Source of the DNA: SAR86 cluster bacterium
Lineage (GTDB): Bacteria > Pseudomonadota > Gammaproteobacteria > Magnimaribacterales > D2472
Direction: 5' to 3'
DNA: 34,149 nucleotides
Assembly: GCA_016779285.1 (NCBI GenBank)
Contig: JADHNV010000001.1
Location: 1-34,149 of the forward strand
The notes beneath the pieces were generated by a model, which saw only the letters and a list, made by a program, of their open reading frames with translations, had not been told where the DNA came from and made no database searches. Positions 19,501-27,649 of the stretch are shown here, piece after piece. The number at the start of each line of letters is the position of its first letter. The stretch's first letter is position 1. The position numbers and the translations under genes were made by a program.

Positions 19501-20362
19501 CAACTTTTAGTGTTGAGTTTATTTGTTCTAATGAAAAGCTATAAATATTTTTTAAATTCCTATTCAATGTAGGCACTTCAACTCCTTCGATAACAGCAGC
19601 ATTATCTTTGTAGGCAGAAATTAAATCTTGTTTATTGCCTTGACTTGTTTTTTTTATTAAATCAAATAAGGAATCTTCCTGAGCAATAGAATTTATTATC
19701 CAGACAGCATTAAATATTTTATGTCTGCAATGTTCAGAATTAGCTTGGGCAAACATCATTAGCTCAGCATCAGTAGGATTCCGAGCTGCAGATGAATAAA
19801 ATTGATCTAAATAATCAATTTCCTCTTTTGATAAGGCTAATCCTAAATCTTGATTTGCTTTTATTAAAGACTCTTTGCTTGCTTGTGAGATATCAATATT
19901 TACCAAAGGCTTTCTTTGAAGCCTATCAGTATTTAAAACAATATCTTTTACACTCCAAAAAACTTCTTGAGTCATGCGATCAAAGATAGATGACAAGTCC
20001 AAATCAGTCATGGAAATATTGGTTTTAATAAAATAGCCTAGATACTTTTCAATTCTATCGACGCCCTTAATACCAATGTTAGATATTATTTCAGCAGTCT
20101 TAGACGCCCATGGGCTAATTGTTCCAGATCTTGGGCCAACAAAAAAATTAGGCAAATTTGAAGTTTCATAAGAGCAAAGTAGCTCTTTAAGTTTTGAGTG
20201 ATCAGAAAAATCTTGATTTACATCAACTGAATAAAATTCATAGCTGGTTAATTCTTCAATTTGAGAATCATTTTGCAGGTTCAGACCAGAGCTAAGAGAT
20301 GAAATTTTTGACGGCGAAAAACTAGAAGGACCTTGAAGCAGCAAATGAAGATTTTTTGACAC
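16508..20362 (-). CDS. purL: Phosphoribosylformylglycinamidine synthase, single-chain large form
   Basis: 1284 aa; N-terminal domain, duplicated AIR-synthase-like core and C-terminal glutaminase domain with GVCNGCQ nucleophile and HGEG. GTG start at 20362-20360. Divergent from an SLT-domain gene, as purL|mltF is in E. coli. Confidence 0.97.
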   Translation of the reverse strand: MSKNLHLLLQGPSSFSPSKISSLSSGLNLQNDSQIEELTSYEFYSVDVNQDFSDHSKLKELLCSYETSNLPNFFVGPRSGTISPWASKTAEIISNIGIKGVDRIEKYLGYFIKTNISMTDLDLSSIFDRMTQEVFWSVKDIVLNTDRLQRKPLVNIDISQASKESLIKANQDLGLALSKEEIDYLDQFYSSAARNPTDAELMMFAQANSEHCRHKIFNAVWIINSIAQEDSLFDLIKKTSQGNKQDLISAYKDNAAVIEGVEVPTLNRNLKNIYSFSLEQINSTLKVETHNHPTAISPFPGAATGSGGEIRDEGATGSGAKPKMGLIGFNVSNLRLADFPRIWERAPHKPSRIASPLQIMIEGPIGAAAFNNEFGRPSTVGYFRVFEQPFADNQAYGYHKPIMLAGGIGEVKNRNSLKNPIEVGDLVVVLGGPSMLIGLGGGAASSMSSGESDEELDFASVQRENAEMERRCQEVINQCAFESPNLIEFIHDVGAGGLSNAIPELAKDCNLGVAIDLSLIPVADPSLSPMEIWSNESQERYVLAIKKSNKDIFENICRRERCPVAFVGQTTSKDTVEVYDPERDEFPVHVPLSMLFGDLPISNMKLNDPKIKQVINSIPNDLDLSEVIHRVLSHPSVASKSFLITIGDRTVGGLVARDQLVGRYQVPTSNYAMATKSFLSNEGDVLSIGEKPTLAIQNPAASMRMALAEALMNLVSAPVKNLDLVRLSANWMAACGDEEDNYALRLGVEALSAMCIKLGIAIPVGKDSLSMKTKWNEGDQEFEVKSPLSGIISAMAPVENVSMAVTTEFKEHGSKDLYHLFLNDRRRLGGSIFEAVTSSSIQTVPDIDDIELFATLFDAVQELIKRGWIVALHDISDGGLFTTLAELSFTNKIGIEIFISENFQNDAELQYLFAEETGVVVQFNNAFENQALEFLQKKNLQHRKCASQRSDALISISLNNEIKFSDSVVNLEKVWNETSYSIKSLRDNPASAKAEYDLIEKFDDQGLIAKDSFQYSEQLPSFNQHLKPKVAIFREQGVNGQNEMAAAFILAGFDVIDVHMQDLIDSPNLLLEFQGLAACGGFSYGDVLGAGGGWSSSIRFNNAVRDSFERFFNRSDTFTFGVCNGCQMLSKLKDLIPGAENWPEFLWNESDQFEARLSQVTIAKSKSVLLTGMDGWQIPVAVAHGEGRASFKGDTLKSLFKQNQVAIQFTDHKGAVASSYPLNPNGSPEGITGLTSMDGRATIMMPHPERVFRSQQLSWRPSDWKEYSPWMQIFINAYKFSQEA

Positions 20363-20401
20363 TAGCTCTCTAGTAAAATATTGTAATATTTAATTATAAG
20401 G

Positions 20402-21127
20402 ATGTTTAAAATTAAAAAAATAAAAACAGTGCAATTCCTTGCAAAAAACTTATCTATTTTCATCTTTGTGTTTGGTCTCTATGCTTGCAACAAGGAACCT
20501 GAAAACACTCCTTTATCAGAATATTGCAAAGTTATTAATGAAAAATTATATTCTTTTTCGAGACTTAGTGATTTTGAAAAAAATAAGTTTGATAAATTAA
20601 AAAAATCTAGGTTTTCTAAATATAAAAAAGACTTTCTTGAGGCCGCGGAGACATTTAATGTTGAATGGGAACTTCTTGCTGCTGTAGCTTTCCAAGAATC
20701 GCAATGGGATCCAAAAGCTCGATCGGCAACTCAAGTGAAGGGCATGATGATGTTAACCCTACCTACAGCAGCATCAGTAGGTGTAACAAATCGCTTAGAT
20801 CCAATTCAGAGCATTTATGGGGGAGCGCAATATATTGCTGATCTTACATCAAGCATGAACTATGGAACTTCTTCAGGCGATAAGATTGCGTTTATATTGG
20901 CTTCCTATAATCTAGGTACTACAAACATAAAAAATGCAATTGATGCAATAGATAAAAATTCTAATGAGGTGACTTGGTTAGATCTAGAGGGCTATTTGCT
21001 AAATTTAAAATCCTCTATGGATTCAAAAGACTATTCAAGAGGTCAACAAACCGTTGATTTTGTAGAGAGGGTTAGAGATTATTACTATCTCTTGCTTGCG
21101 CAAAATTGTAGCGATGAAGAGATTTAA
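20402..21127 (+). CDS. Lytic transglycosylase (SLT domain, MltF catalytic-module-like), probable lipoprotein
   Basis: 241 aa; N-terminal signal with FGLYAC lipobox-like cysteine. SLT catalytic block [30 protein letters not shown] and YNLG motif. Confidence 0.8.
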   Translation: MFKIKKIKTVQFLAKNLSIFIFVFGLYACNKEPENTPLSEYCKVINEKLYSFSRLSDFEKNKFDKLKKSRFSKYKKDFLEAAETFNVEWELLAAVAFQESQWDPKARSATQVKGMMMLTLPTAASVGVTNRLDPIQSIYGGAQYIADLTSSMNYGTSSGDKIAFILASYNLGTTNIKNAIDAIDKNSNEVTWLDLEGYLLNLKSSMDSKDYSRGQQTVDFVERVRDYYYLLLAQNCSDEEI

Positions 21128-23133
21128 GAATTAAGAAGTTGCCACTTTAGATTTTTAATCTGGTCCCTGCAAAATGCAGCCTTTTCATACTCTGTTTCTT
21201 TTGCATAAATATACATCTGCTCTTCTAGCTTAGTAATTGAAATTGATATTTTTTCCGGAGTTTCATTATTAATTTTAAAGGGCAGCTCTTTTTCAAGGTG
21301 CTGAGGTTTTGTTTTCTTTGTCTGCTTTGTAACACGAGCTCCCTCCATTATATCTTTAATATCTTTAACAATTGATGTTGGGGTGATGCCATGATCTTTA
21401 TTGTATTTAATTTGAATCTCTCTTCTTCTTGACATTTCATCCATGGCCCTTTGCATTGAACCTGTGACCTTATCAGCATACAAAATTGCTTTGCCTCGAA
21501 TATTTCTTGCTGCCCTTCCAACGGTTTGAATCAGGGTAACCTCTGACCTTAGAAAGCCTTCTTTATCTGCATCTAGGATTGCAACCAAGCTAACCTCAGG
21601 AATATCTAGGCCTTCCCTTAATAAATTAATTCCTACCAACACATCAAAATGACCAAGCCTTAAATCTCTAATTATTTCAGTTCTCTCAACTGTGTCTACG
21701 TCAGAATGCATGTAGCGTGTTCTAATTCCATTTTCTTCTAAATAGTCTGTTAAATCTTCAGCCATACGTTTGGTTAAAGTTGTAATCAAAACCCTTTCTT
21801 TCAATGCAGCTCTTTCATTGCATTCACCGATTACATCATCAATTTGGGAGGTTGCAGGTCTAATTTCAATTTCTGGATCAATTAACCCAGTGGGTCTAAC
21901 CAATAGCTCTGCTATATTATCGCAGTGCTCTAATTCATACTTACCAGGTGTAGCAGAGACATATATCTTCTGAGGTGTTACATCCTCCCATTCTTCAAAC
22001 CTCAGTGGACGGTTGTCTAGAGCGGATGGCAATCTAAACCCATAATCAACAAGCGTTTCTTTGCGGGATCGATCTCCCTTATACATACCCCCAATCTGGG
22101 GCACTGAAACATGAGACTCATCCATAAAGACTATGGCATTTTTTGGCAAGTAATCAAAAAGGCATGGCGGCGGCTCACCAGGATTTCGACCCGAAAGATA
22201 GCGCGAATAATTTTCGATACCTTGACAATAACCAAGCTCTTGCATCATCTCTAAATCGTAGGTAGTTCTTTCTTGTAATCTTTGAGCCTCAACTAATTTA
22301 TTATTATCTTGTAGAAATTTAATTCTTTCTTTTAACTCTTCTCGCACAGTTTTAAGGCAATCTAAGACCGTCTCTTTTGGAGTCACGTAATGTGTTTTTG
22401 GATAAATCGTGGCACGTGGGGTTTCATTGATAACTTCTCCAGTTAATGGATCTATCCATAATAGGCGCTCTACCTCATCTCCAAATAACTCAATTCTTAG
22501 AGCATCTCTCTCTGAGTCAGCCGGATAGATGTCAATAACATCACCTCGAACTCTAAAAGTTGCACGTCTAAAATCAATATCATTTCGGGTATATTGCATC
22601 GATGAAAGACGGCGCAAAATAGTTCTTTGATCAATTGTTTCACCCCTATCTAGGTGAAGAATCATATTCAGATAGGATTCAGGAGCACCCAAGCCATATA
22701 TTGCTGATACGGTAGCAACAACAATCGTATCATTACGCTCAAGCAATGCCTTGGTTGCAGAAAGCCTCATTTGCTCGATGTGCTCATTCACAGATGCATC
22801 CTTGGCAATATAGGTATCTGAGGTAGGCACATAGGCTTCGGGCTGATAATAATCATAATATGAAACAAAATATTCAACGGAGTTTTTAGGAAAAAAATCT
22901 TTAAGCTCACCATATAATTGAGCTGCTAAGGTTTTATTAGGAGCCATCACCACTGCAGGCCTTTGGGTAGATTCAATAATTTTAGCCATGGTGTATGTCT
23001 TGCCCGAACCTGTAACACCTAGTAAAACTTGATGCAGTAATCCATCATTTAAACCATTAACCAAAGTTTCTATCGCTTTTGGCTGACTTCCCGCAGGTTC
23101 AAATGGAGATGTAACAGTTAAATTTTTTGCCAT
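21124..23133 (-). CDS. uvrB: Excinuclease ABC subunit B
   Basis: 669 aa; Walker [13 protein letters not shown] box (MDESHV), helicase C motifs and C-terminal UVR domain ([11 protein letters not shown]). Confidence 0.97.
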   Translation of the reverse strand: MAKNLTVTSPFEPAGSQPKAIETLVNGLNDGLLHQVLLGVTGSGKTYTMAKIIESTQRPAVVMAPNKTLAAQLYGELKDFFPKNSVEYFVSYYDYYQPEAYVPTSDTYIAKDASVNEHIEQMRLSATKALLERNDTIVVATVSAIYGLGAPESYLNMILHLDRGETIDQRTILRRLSSMQYTRNDIDFRRATFRVRGDVIDIYPADSERDALRIELFGDEVERLLWIDPLTGEVINETPRATIYPKTHYVTPKETVLDCLKTVREELKERIKFLQDNNKLVEAQRLQERTTYDLEMMQELGYCQGIENYSRYLSGRNPGEPPPCLFDYLPKNAIVFMDESHVSVPQIGGMYKGDRSRKETLVDYGFRLPSALDNRPLRFEEWEDVTPQKIYVSATPGKYELEHCDNIAELLVRPTGLIDPEIEIRPATSQIDDVIGECNERAALKERVLITTLTKRMAEDLTDYLEENGIRTRYMHSDVDTVERTEIIRDLRLGHFDVLVGINLLREGLDIPEVSLVAILDADKEGFLRSEVTLIQTVGRAARNIRGKAILYADKVTGSMQRAMDEMSRRREIQIKYNKDHGITPTSIVKDIKDIMEGARVTKQTKKTKPQHLEKELPFKINNETPEKISISITKLEEQMYIYAKETEYEKAAFCRDQIKNLKWQLLNS

Positions 23134-23162
23134 TATCTTGTTTTACTTTATGAATTTTAATC

Positions 23163-23168
23163 TATAAT
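23163..23168 (+). promoter_or_regulatory. Candidate -10 hexamer (TATAAT) for tRNA-Asn
   Basis: A perfect TATAAT ends 11 nt before the mature tRNA 5' end. No good -35 at 17-nt spacing (TTGTTT lies at 19 nt). Pattern match only. Confidence 0.3.
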
Positions 23169-23179
23169 TCTCAACTTGT

Positions 23180-23254
23180 TCCCTGATAGCTCAGCGGTAG
23201 AGCAGTTGACTGTTAATCAATTGGTCCGTGGTTCGATCCCACGTCAGGGAGCCA
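23180..23254 (+). tRNA. tRNA-Asn (anticodon GUU), encoded CCA
   Basis: TCCCTGA acceptor / TCAGGGA-G-CCA; D arm GCTC-AGCGGTA-GAGC; anticodon loop CTGTTAA; T arm CGTGG-TTCGATC-CCACG. Confidence 0.92.
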
Positions 23255-23338
23255 TTCTTCTGATCAATCGATAATTTTAATCTATTTACACTCGACGTGC
23301 ATGACTGACACAAACTCATTAATATAAGAAAATAAGGG

Positions 23339-23368
23339 ACTATTTAAAGCCCCTTATTTAAGCTGAAC
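23339..23368 (+). terminator. Hairpin, weak candidate intrinsic terminator after tRNA-Asn
   Basis: AAATAAGGG (23339-23347) pairs with CCCTTATTT (23360-23368) around a 12-nt loop. Only 3 G:C pairs, and the T-run is part of the stem, so terminator function is doubtful. Confidence 0.25.
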
Positions 23369-23536
23369 TTTAGGGTAGTATTAACCAGCTTTGGGGATAG
23401 CATGATTTATTTAGTTCAGTTGATTCATATTAAATACTCTCCATGAATCAATTAAATTACAGATCTGTGAATAAAAGTTAAATTTTTGAAAACTGGATTT
23501 TTCTTTTAAGAATGTTTCAGTGATAATCATTAGTTA

Positions 23537-24406
23537 ATGAAAAGATTACAAAAAAAAGTAGCAGTGATAACGGGTGCTGGAAGTGGCATTGGAAAAGAAA
23601 CAGCATTATTGTTTTTGGAACATGGTGCGAAGGTTGTGCTTGCCGATATTAATAAAGATTCGCTCGAAGAGACTTTTGAAATTATTAAGCAAAAAAAATT
23701 AGATGCAGATGCATGTATATCTATCACCGATGTTTCTTCAGAAGATAACATAGAGGAGATGATCAACCTTGCAGTTGACCGTTTTGGTACTTTAGACATT
23801 ATGTTTAATAATGCTGGGATAGGTGGCGCAGTTGGCCCCATTACTCACATCAATGCAGACGAATGGGATAAGTCATTCCAAATACTTCTAAAGTCTGTTT
23901 TTCTGGGTTCAAAATATGCAGCCAGAGTCATGAAAAAGAATGTTTCAGGGGGATCTATTATTAATACAGCTTCAATTGCTGGCATAGGAGGCGGTTCCGG
24001 ACCCCTTGCCTACTCTGCGGCAAAAGCTGGAGTGATAAATTTTTGCAAGAATGCTGCTATTGAATTGGGCGAATATAAAATAAGAGTGAATGCTATTTCA
24101 CCTGGAACAATTAATACTCCGCTTTTAGCCACAGCAATTGAAGACAGTAAGCTAGATCAGCCAATTAAAGATTTTGGAATGCCCATTGATATTGCTTATA
24201 CAGCATTATTTCTTGCTTCCGACGAATCTAGATTTATTACAGGAATTAATATATGCGTGGACGGTGGGTTAACGCTAGATCAATCTGGTTTAATGAAAGA
24301 TGCTGAGGAGCATTATGCAAAAATGGGTATCGAGAGAGTGGTTGGGATGAATATGGGGTCGACTGGCATAGAGTCTGTAATCAAGAACTTGGGGGAAGAT
24401 GACTAA
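23537..24406 (+). CDS. Short-chain dehydrogenase/reductase (classical SDR with ~40-aa C-terminal extension)
   Basis: 289 aa; TGAGSGIG, NNAG, Ser...YSAAK catalytic motif, and PGTINTP. Confidence 0.9.
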   Translation: MKRLQKKVAVITGAGSGIGKETALLFLEHGAKVVLADINKDSLEETFEIIKQKKLDADACISITDVSSEDNIEEMINLAVDRFGTLDIMFNNAGIGGAVGPITHINADEWDKSFQILLKSVFLGSKYAARVMKKNVSGGSIINTASIAGIGGGSGPLAYSAAKAGVINFCKNAAIELGEYKIRVNAISPGTINTPLLATAIEDSKLDQPIKDFGMPIDIAYTALFLASDESRFITGINICVDGGLTLDQSGLMKDAEEHYAKMGIERVVGMNMGSTGIESVIKNLGEDD

Positions 24407-25773
24407 GATTTCTTCCAGGTGGTGCCATCATTAGAATCGTCTAATAATATACCTAGAGCCGAAAGCTCATCTCTTATTTGATCGGCCTTTTGGAAATCCT
24501 TGTTATCTCTTGCTTGGTTTCTTTCCTCTATTTTCTTACCAATCTCTTCATCAGTTAAATTTGCTCCGTATTGAAGAAAAGCTTCGGGACTATCGTTAAG
24601 CAGCCCTAAAACTTTGCCCAACTCCCTCATGGTTGATACATACCTAATCTGTTCTTGTTTATCTTGACTGCTATTAATCAATTTTGCCAATCCAAAGAGA
24701 GTGCTTAATGCCTCTGGAGTATTTAAATCATCATTCATTGAGTTTATAAATTCCCTAACACTATCTTCATGGAAGTCTGACCTTTGCAATGATACAAGTG
24801 ATGCAGCCTGATAAAGTCTTGTCAAAGCTGCTCGCGCTTGATCGAGAGATTCATCGTCAAAATTTAGAGAGCTTCTATAGTGACTAGAGATTAAATAATA
24901 TCGAATGACTTCAGGATGATAGGAGTTAAATAAGTCCTTTAGCATTGCAAAATTACCTAAAGACTTTGACATCTTCTCACCATTAATTTTTAACAATCCT
25001 GAATGCATCCAATAGTTTGCAAATTTATGATCTGAAGCACATTCAGACTGAGCTATTTCATTCTCATGATGAGGGAATAGCAGGTCAGGGCCTCCACCAT
25101 GAATATCAAAATGCTTACCTAAACTTTCTAGAGACATAACTGAACATTCAATATGCCAACCTGGTCTTCCTAATCCCCAGGGAGAATCCCATGATGGCTC
25201 ATTCTGCTTGGCACTTTTCCAAAGAACAAAATCTAATGGATCTTTTTTAGATCCATCCTCTTCAACTCTAGAGCCTGGATTTAAATCATCAATATTTTTA
25301 TTCGATAATTTTCCGTATTCTGCAAATGTTCGCACTGCAAAAAAAACATCTCCACCTTTAGAATGATAGGCATGACCTTTTTCAATGAGTGTGCTAATCA
25401 TATTGATCATGCCCTCAATATGATCGGTTGCACGAGGCTCATTTGTAGGAAGCTCTAGGCCAAGTTTTAAAAAATCTTCATGCATGCTCGCAATTGTTCT
25501 TTCTGTTAGAGCATCTATTGTTTCTTTATTCTCATTAGCTCTATCAATAATCTTGTCATCTATATCGGTGATGTTACGAGTAAAGTTTAGCTTGTAGCCT
25601 CTGTATCGAAGGTAGCGTGCAAGAATATCAAAAGCTATCATCGCCCTTGCATGCCCTAGGTGACAGTTATCATAGACCGTCATCCCGCAAACATACATCC
25701 CAACCTCGCCCTCGCATATGGGCACAAAATCTTCCTTTCGGTTTGTTAAGGAGTTATAAAACTTAATTGTCAT
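24403..25773 (-). CDS. cysS: Cysteine--tRNA ligase
   Basis: 456 aa; class I HIGH (HLGH) and KMSKS motifs, and the CysRS zinc-site pattern (CGMTVYD..., HIEC). Confidence 0.97.
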   Translation of the reverse strand: MTIKFYNSLTNRKEDFVPICEGEVGMYVCGMTVYDNCHLGHARAMIAFDILARYLRYRGYKLNFTRNITDIDDKIIDRANENKETIDALTERTIASMHEDFLKLGLELPTNEPRATDHIEGMINMISTLIEKGHAYHSKGGDVFFAVRTFAEYGKLSNKNIDDLNPGSRVEEDGSKKDPLDFVLWKSAKQNEPSWDSPWGLGRPGWHIECSVMSLESLGKHFDIHGGGPDLLFPHHENEIAQSECASDHKFANYWMHSGLLKINGEKMSKSLGNFAMLKDLFNSYHPEVIRYYLISSHYRSSLNFDDESLDQARAALTRLYQAASLVSLQRSDFHEDSVREFINSMNDDLNTPEALSTLFGLAKLINSSQDKQEQIRYVSTMRELGKVLGLLNDSPEAFLQYGANLTDEEIGKKIEERNQARDNKDFQKADQIRDELSALGILLDDSNDGTTWKKS

Positions 25774-25834
25774 CTGTTATTTGATATATGAATCACTTAT
25801 TATAGAGAACTTAATTGGAATGTAGGTTTTATTA

Positions 25835-26455
25835 ATGTCAAAAATACAAATTGCTGCCTTAATAATTATTGTAACTGCTGTTGCTTTAATCTTCTTCCTG
25901 TCACCGATTGATCAAAAAGATCAGACTGAATATTATCCAGAGGAGGATCAAATGTCACTTGTTACTATTTCTACTTCAGCCGGAGAAATCCACTTAGAGC
26001 TCGATGCTGATAATGCACCTATAACTGTAGCGAACTTTTTAAAATTAGCCGAGGATGGTTATTACACGGGAACAATTTTCCATAGAATTATTGAAGGATT
26101 TATGGTTCAAGGCGGTGGTCTAGATGAAAACATGACACCAAAACCAACAAATACAGATCCAATTCAAAATGAGGCTAATAATGGCTTGAAGAATGATCGC
26201 GGCACTATTGCAATGGCCAGAACCATGGATCCTCATTCTGCTACTGGTCAATTTTTTATTAACCATAAAGATAATGATTTTTTAAACCACACATCGGAAA
26301 CTTCTCAAGGCTGGGGTTATGCTGTCTTTGGCTCAGTTATTGGTGGGATGGATGTTGTAGATCAAATTGCTCTGAGTACTACCTCTACTGTTGGCGGTTA
26401 CGCTGACGCTCCTCTTGAACCAACCCTTATTCATTCAGTGACAGTGAGTGAATGA
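25835..26455 (+). CDS. ppiB: Peptidyl-prolyl cis-trans isomerase, cyclophilin type (PpiB/PpiA-like)
   Basis: Cyclophilin core FHRIIEGFMVQGGG, NEANNGLKNDRGTIAMAR, SATGQFFIN, QGWGYAVFG; ends ...SVTVSE like E. coli PpiB. Sits in the E. coli ppiB slot (cysS|ppiB-lpxH). The longest ORF (206 aa) adds a 39-aa hydrophobic N-terminus. An internal ATG at 25952 with AGGAGG 5 nt upstream would give 167 aa. Confidence 0.9.
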   Translation: MSKIQIAALIIIVTAVALIFFLSPIDQKDQTEYYPEEDQMSLVTISTSAGEIHLELDADNAPITVANFLKLAEDGYYTGTIFHRIIEGFMVQGGGLDENMTPKPTNTDPIQNEANNGLKNDRGTIAMARTMDPHSATGQFFINHKDNDFLNHTSETSQGWGYAVFGSVIGGMDVVDQIALSTTSTVGGYADAPLEPTLIHSVTVSE

Positions 26456-27162
26456 AATTAGGGTTTATATCTGATCTTCATTTATCTAAAAATATACCCT
26501 CTGTAACGGAGGGCTTTTTTAAATTTTTGCAAACTGCTGCGCAAGAATTATCCCATCTATATATATTAGGTGATCTTTTTGAGGTATGGGTTGGAGATGA
26601 TGATGACTCCAAGCTTGCAACCAGCGTAATTAAAGAAATAAATCATGCTACGCGTAATGGACTAGAAATATTTTTTATTCATGGCAATAGAGATTTCTTA
26701 TGCGGGGAAAGCTTTGCAGAGCAATCTAACATTACCCTTCTTCCTGATCCATTTTTTTTTAATTTCTTTGATTTGAAAATTGCTCTCTCTCATGGAGATG
26801 ATTTTTGCACTGAAGACCTTGAATACATTAAATTTAAAAAAGAAGTTAGATCACCAAAATGGCAAAGGGAATTTCTACAAAAGCCTTTAAATGAACGTAT
26901 AAGCATTGCATCAAACATGCGCGATGCCAGTCAAAAAAATAATAAAAATAAAAAAGAATCTATTATGGATGTTACACCAACTGCCATTGAAGATTTTTTT
27001 GAACAGCATCATATAGATTTGTTGATTCATGGTCATACTCACAGACCAATGACTCATAAACACAATACAGGCACACGAATTGTTTTAGGAGACTGGCATG
27101 AAACTGGCTGGTGTCTAATGCTTGATGAGCAGCAGCAAGAATTAAAAGAATTTATCCTTTAA
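26452..27162 (+). CDS. lpxH: UDP-2,3-diacylglucosamine diphosphatase
   Basis: 236 aa; calcineurin-like phosphoesterase motifs ISDLHL, LGDLFEVWVGDDD, HGNRDFL, HGD, HGHTHRP, colinear with E. coli LpxH. ATGA overlap with the PPIase stop. Confidence 0.9.
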   Translation: MKLGFISDLHLSKNIPSVTEGFFKFLQTAAQELSHLYILGDLFEVWVGDDDDSKLATSVIKEINHATRNGLEIFFIHGNRDFLCGESFAEQSNITLLPDPFFFNFFDLKIALSHGDDFCTEDLEYIKFKKEVRSPKWQREFLQKPLNERISIASNMRDASQKNNKNKKESIMDVTPTAIEDFFEQHHIDLLIHGHTHRPMTHKHNTGTRIVLGDWHETGWCLMLDEQQQELKEFIL

Positions 27163-27185
27163 AACTATTGTTTGTTAGTAAATTA

Positions 27186-27205
27186 TACTGTATAAATATA
27201 CAGTA
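27186..27205. promoter_or_regulatory. LexA (SOS) operator upstream of umuDC
   Basis: TACTGTATAAATATACAGTA is a perfect CTGT-N8-ACAG palindrome matching the gammaproteobacterial consensus TACTG(TA)5CAGTA. It ends 12 nt before the umuD ATG and overlaps a plausible -10 (TATAAA 27191-27196, with TTGTTT 27168-27173 at 17-nt spacing). Confidence 0.85.
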
Positions 27206-27217
27206 TTTTTAAATCCC

Positions 27218-27649
27218 ATGACTATTAATTATCTCGGTTCAATATCGGCAAATGATCTGCCTGCTACTTTTACAACATTTTTTGTAGAGCCGGTATCCGT
27301 AGGCTTTCCAAGCCCAGCAAATGACTATCTGGAAAGTCCCATTGATCTAAATCAGTACCTTATTAAGAATGGAGCAGCGACTTTCTTAGTGAGAGTATCC
27401 GGAGATTCAATGCTAGATGCAAATATTGCAGATCAAGCTATCTTAATAGTTGATCGAAGCCTGAAACCAAAACATGGTAGCATTGTAGTTGCCTCTCTAG
27501 ACGGTGATTTCGTATGCAAACGATTGCAGCTTAAACCTCGTCTTTGCTTACTACCAGAGAATTCAAAATATAAACCAATCTATATTCAGCATGGCCAAGA
27601 TTTAGATATTATAGGCACGGTCACTGCAGCCATTAATAAGTTTGAATGA
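27218..27649 (+). CDS. umuD: Translesion DNA polymerase V accessory subunit UmuD (S24 LexA-like peptidase)
   Basis: 143 aa, colinear with E. coli UmuD: GFPSPANDYLE, catalytic Ser in SGDSM and Lys in VCKRLQL. Confidence 0.9.
   Translation: MTINYLGSISANDLPATFTTFFVEPVSVGFPSPANDYLESPIDLNQYLIKNGAATFLVRVSGDSMLDANIADQAILIVDRSLKPKHGSIVVASLDGDFVCKRLQLKPRLCLLPENSKYKPIYIQHGQDLDIIGTVTAAINKFE

Noticed and set aside
20363-20401. PurR-type operator in the purL|SLT divergent region
   Set aside because: No ACGCAAACGTTTGCGT-like palindrome in the 39-nt spacer.
23134-23179. LexA box upstream of uvrB
   Set aside because: No CTGT-N8-ACAG or near match in the 46-nt upstream region. Only the umuD box qualifies.
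23530-23841. 103-aa antisense ORF over the SDR 5' end; similar shadow ORFs at 7752-8063, 6277-6522, 10413-10637, 19166-19411 and elsewhere
   Set aside because: All are nested antisense or out of frame within confidently assigned genes. They show biased, low-complexity composition and no independent signals.
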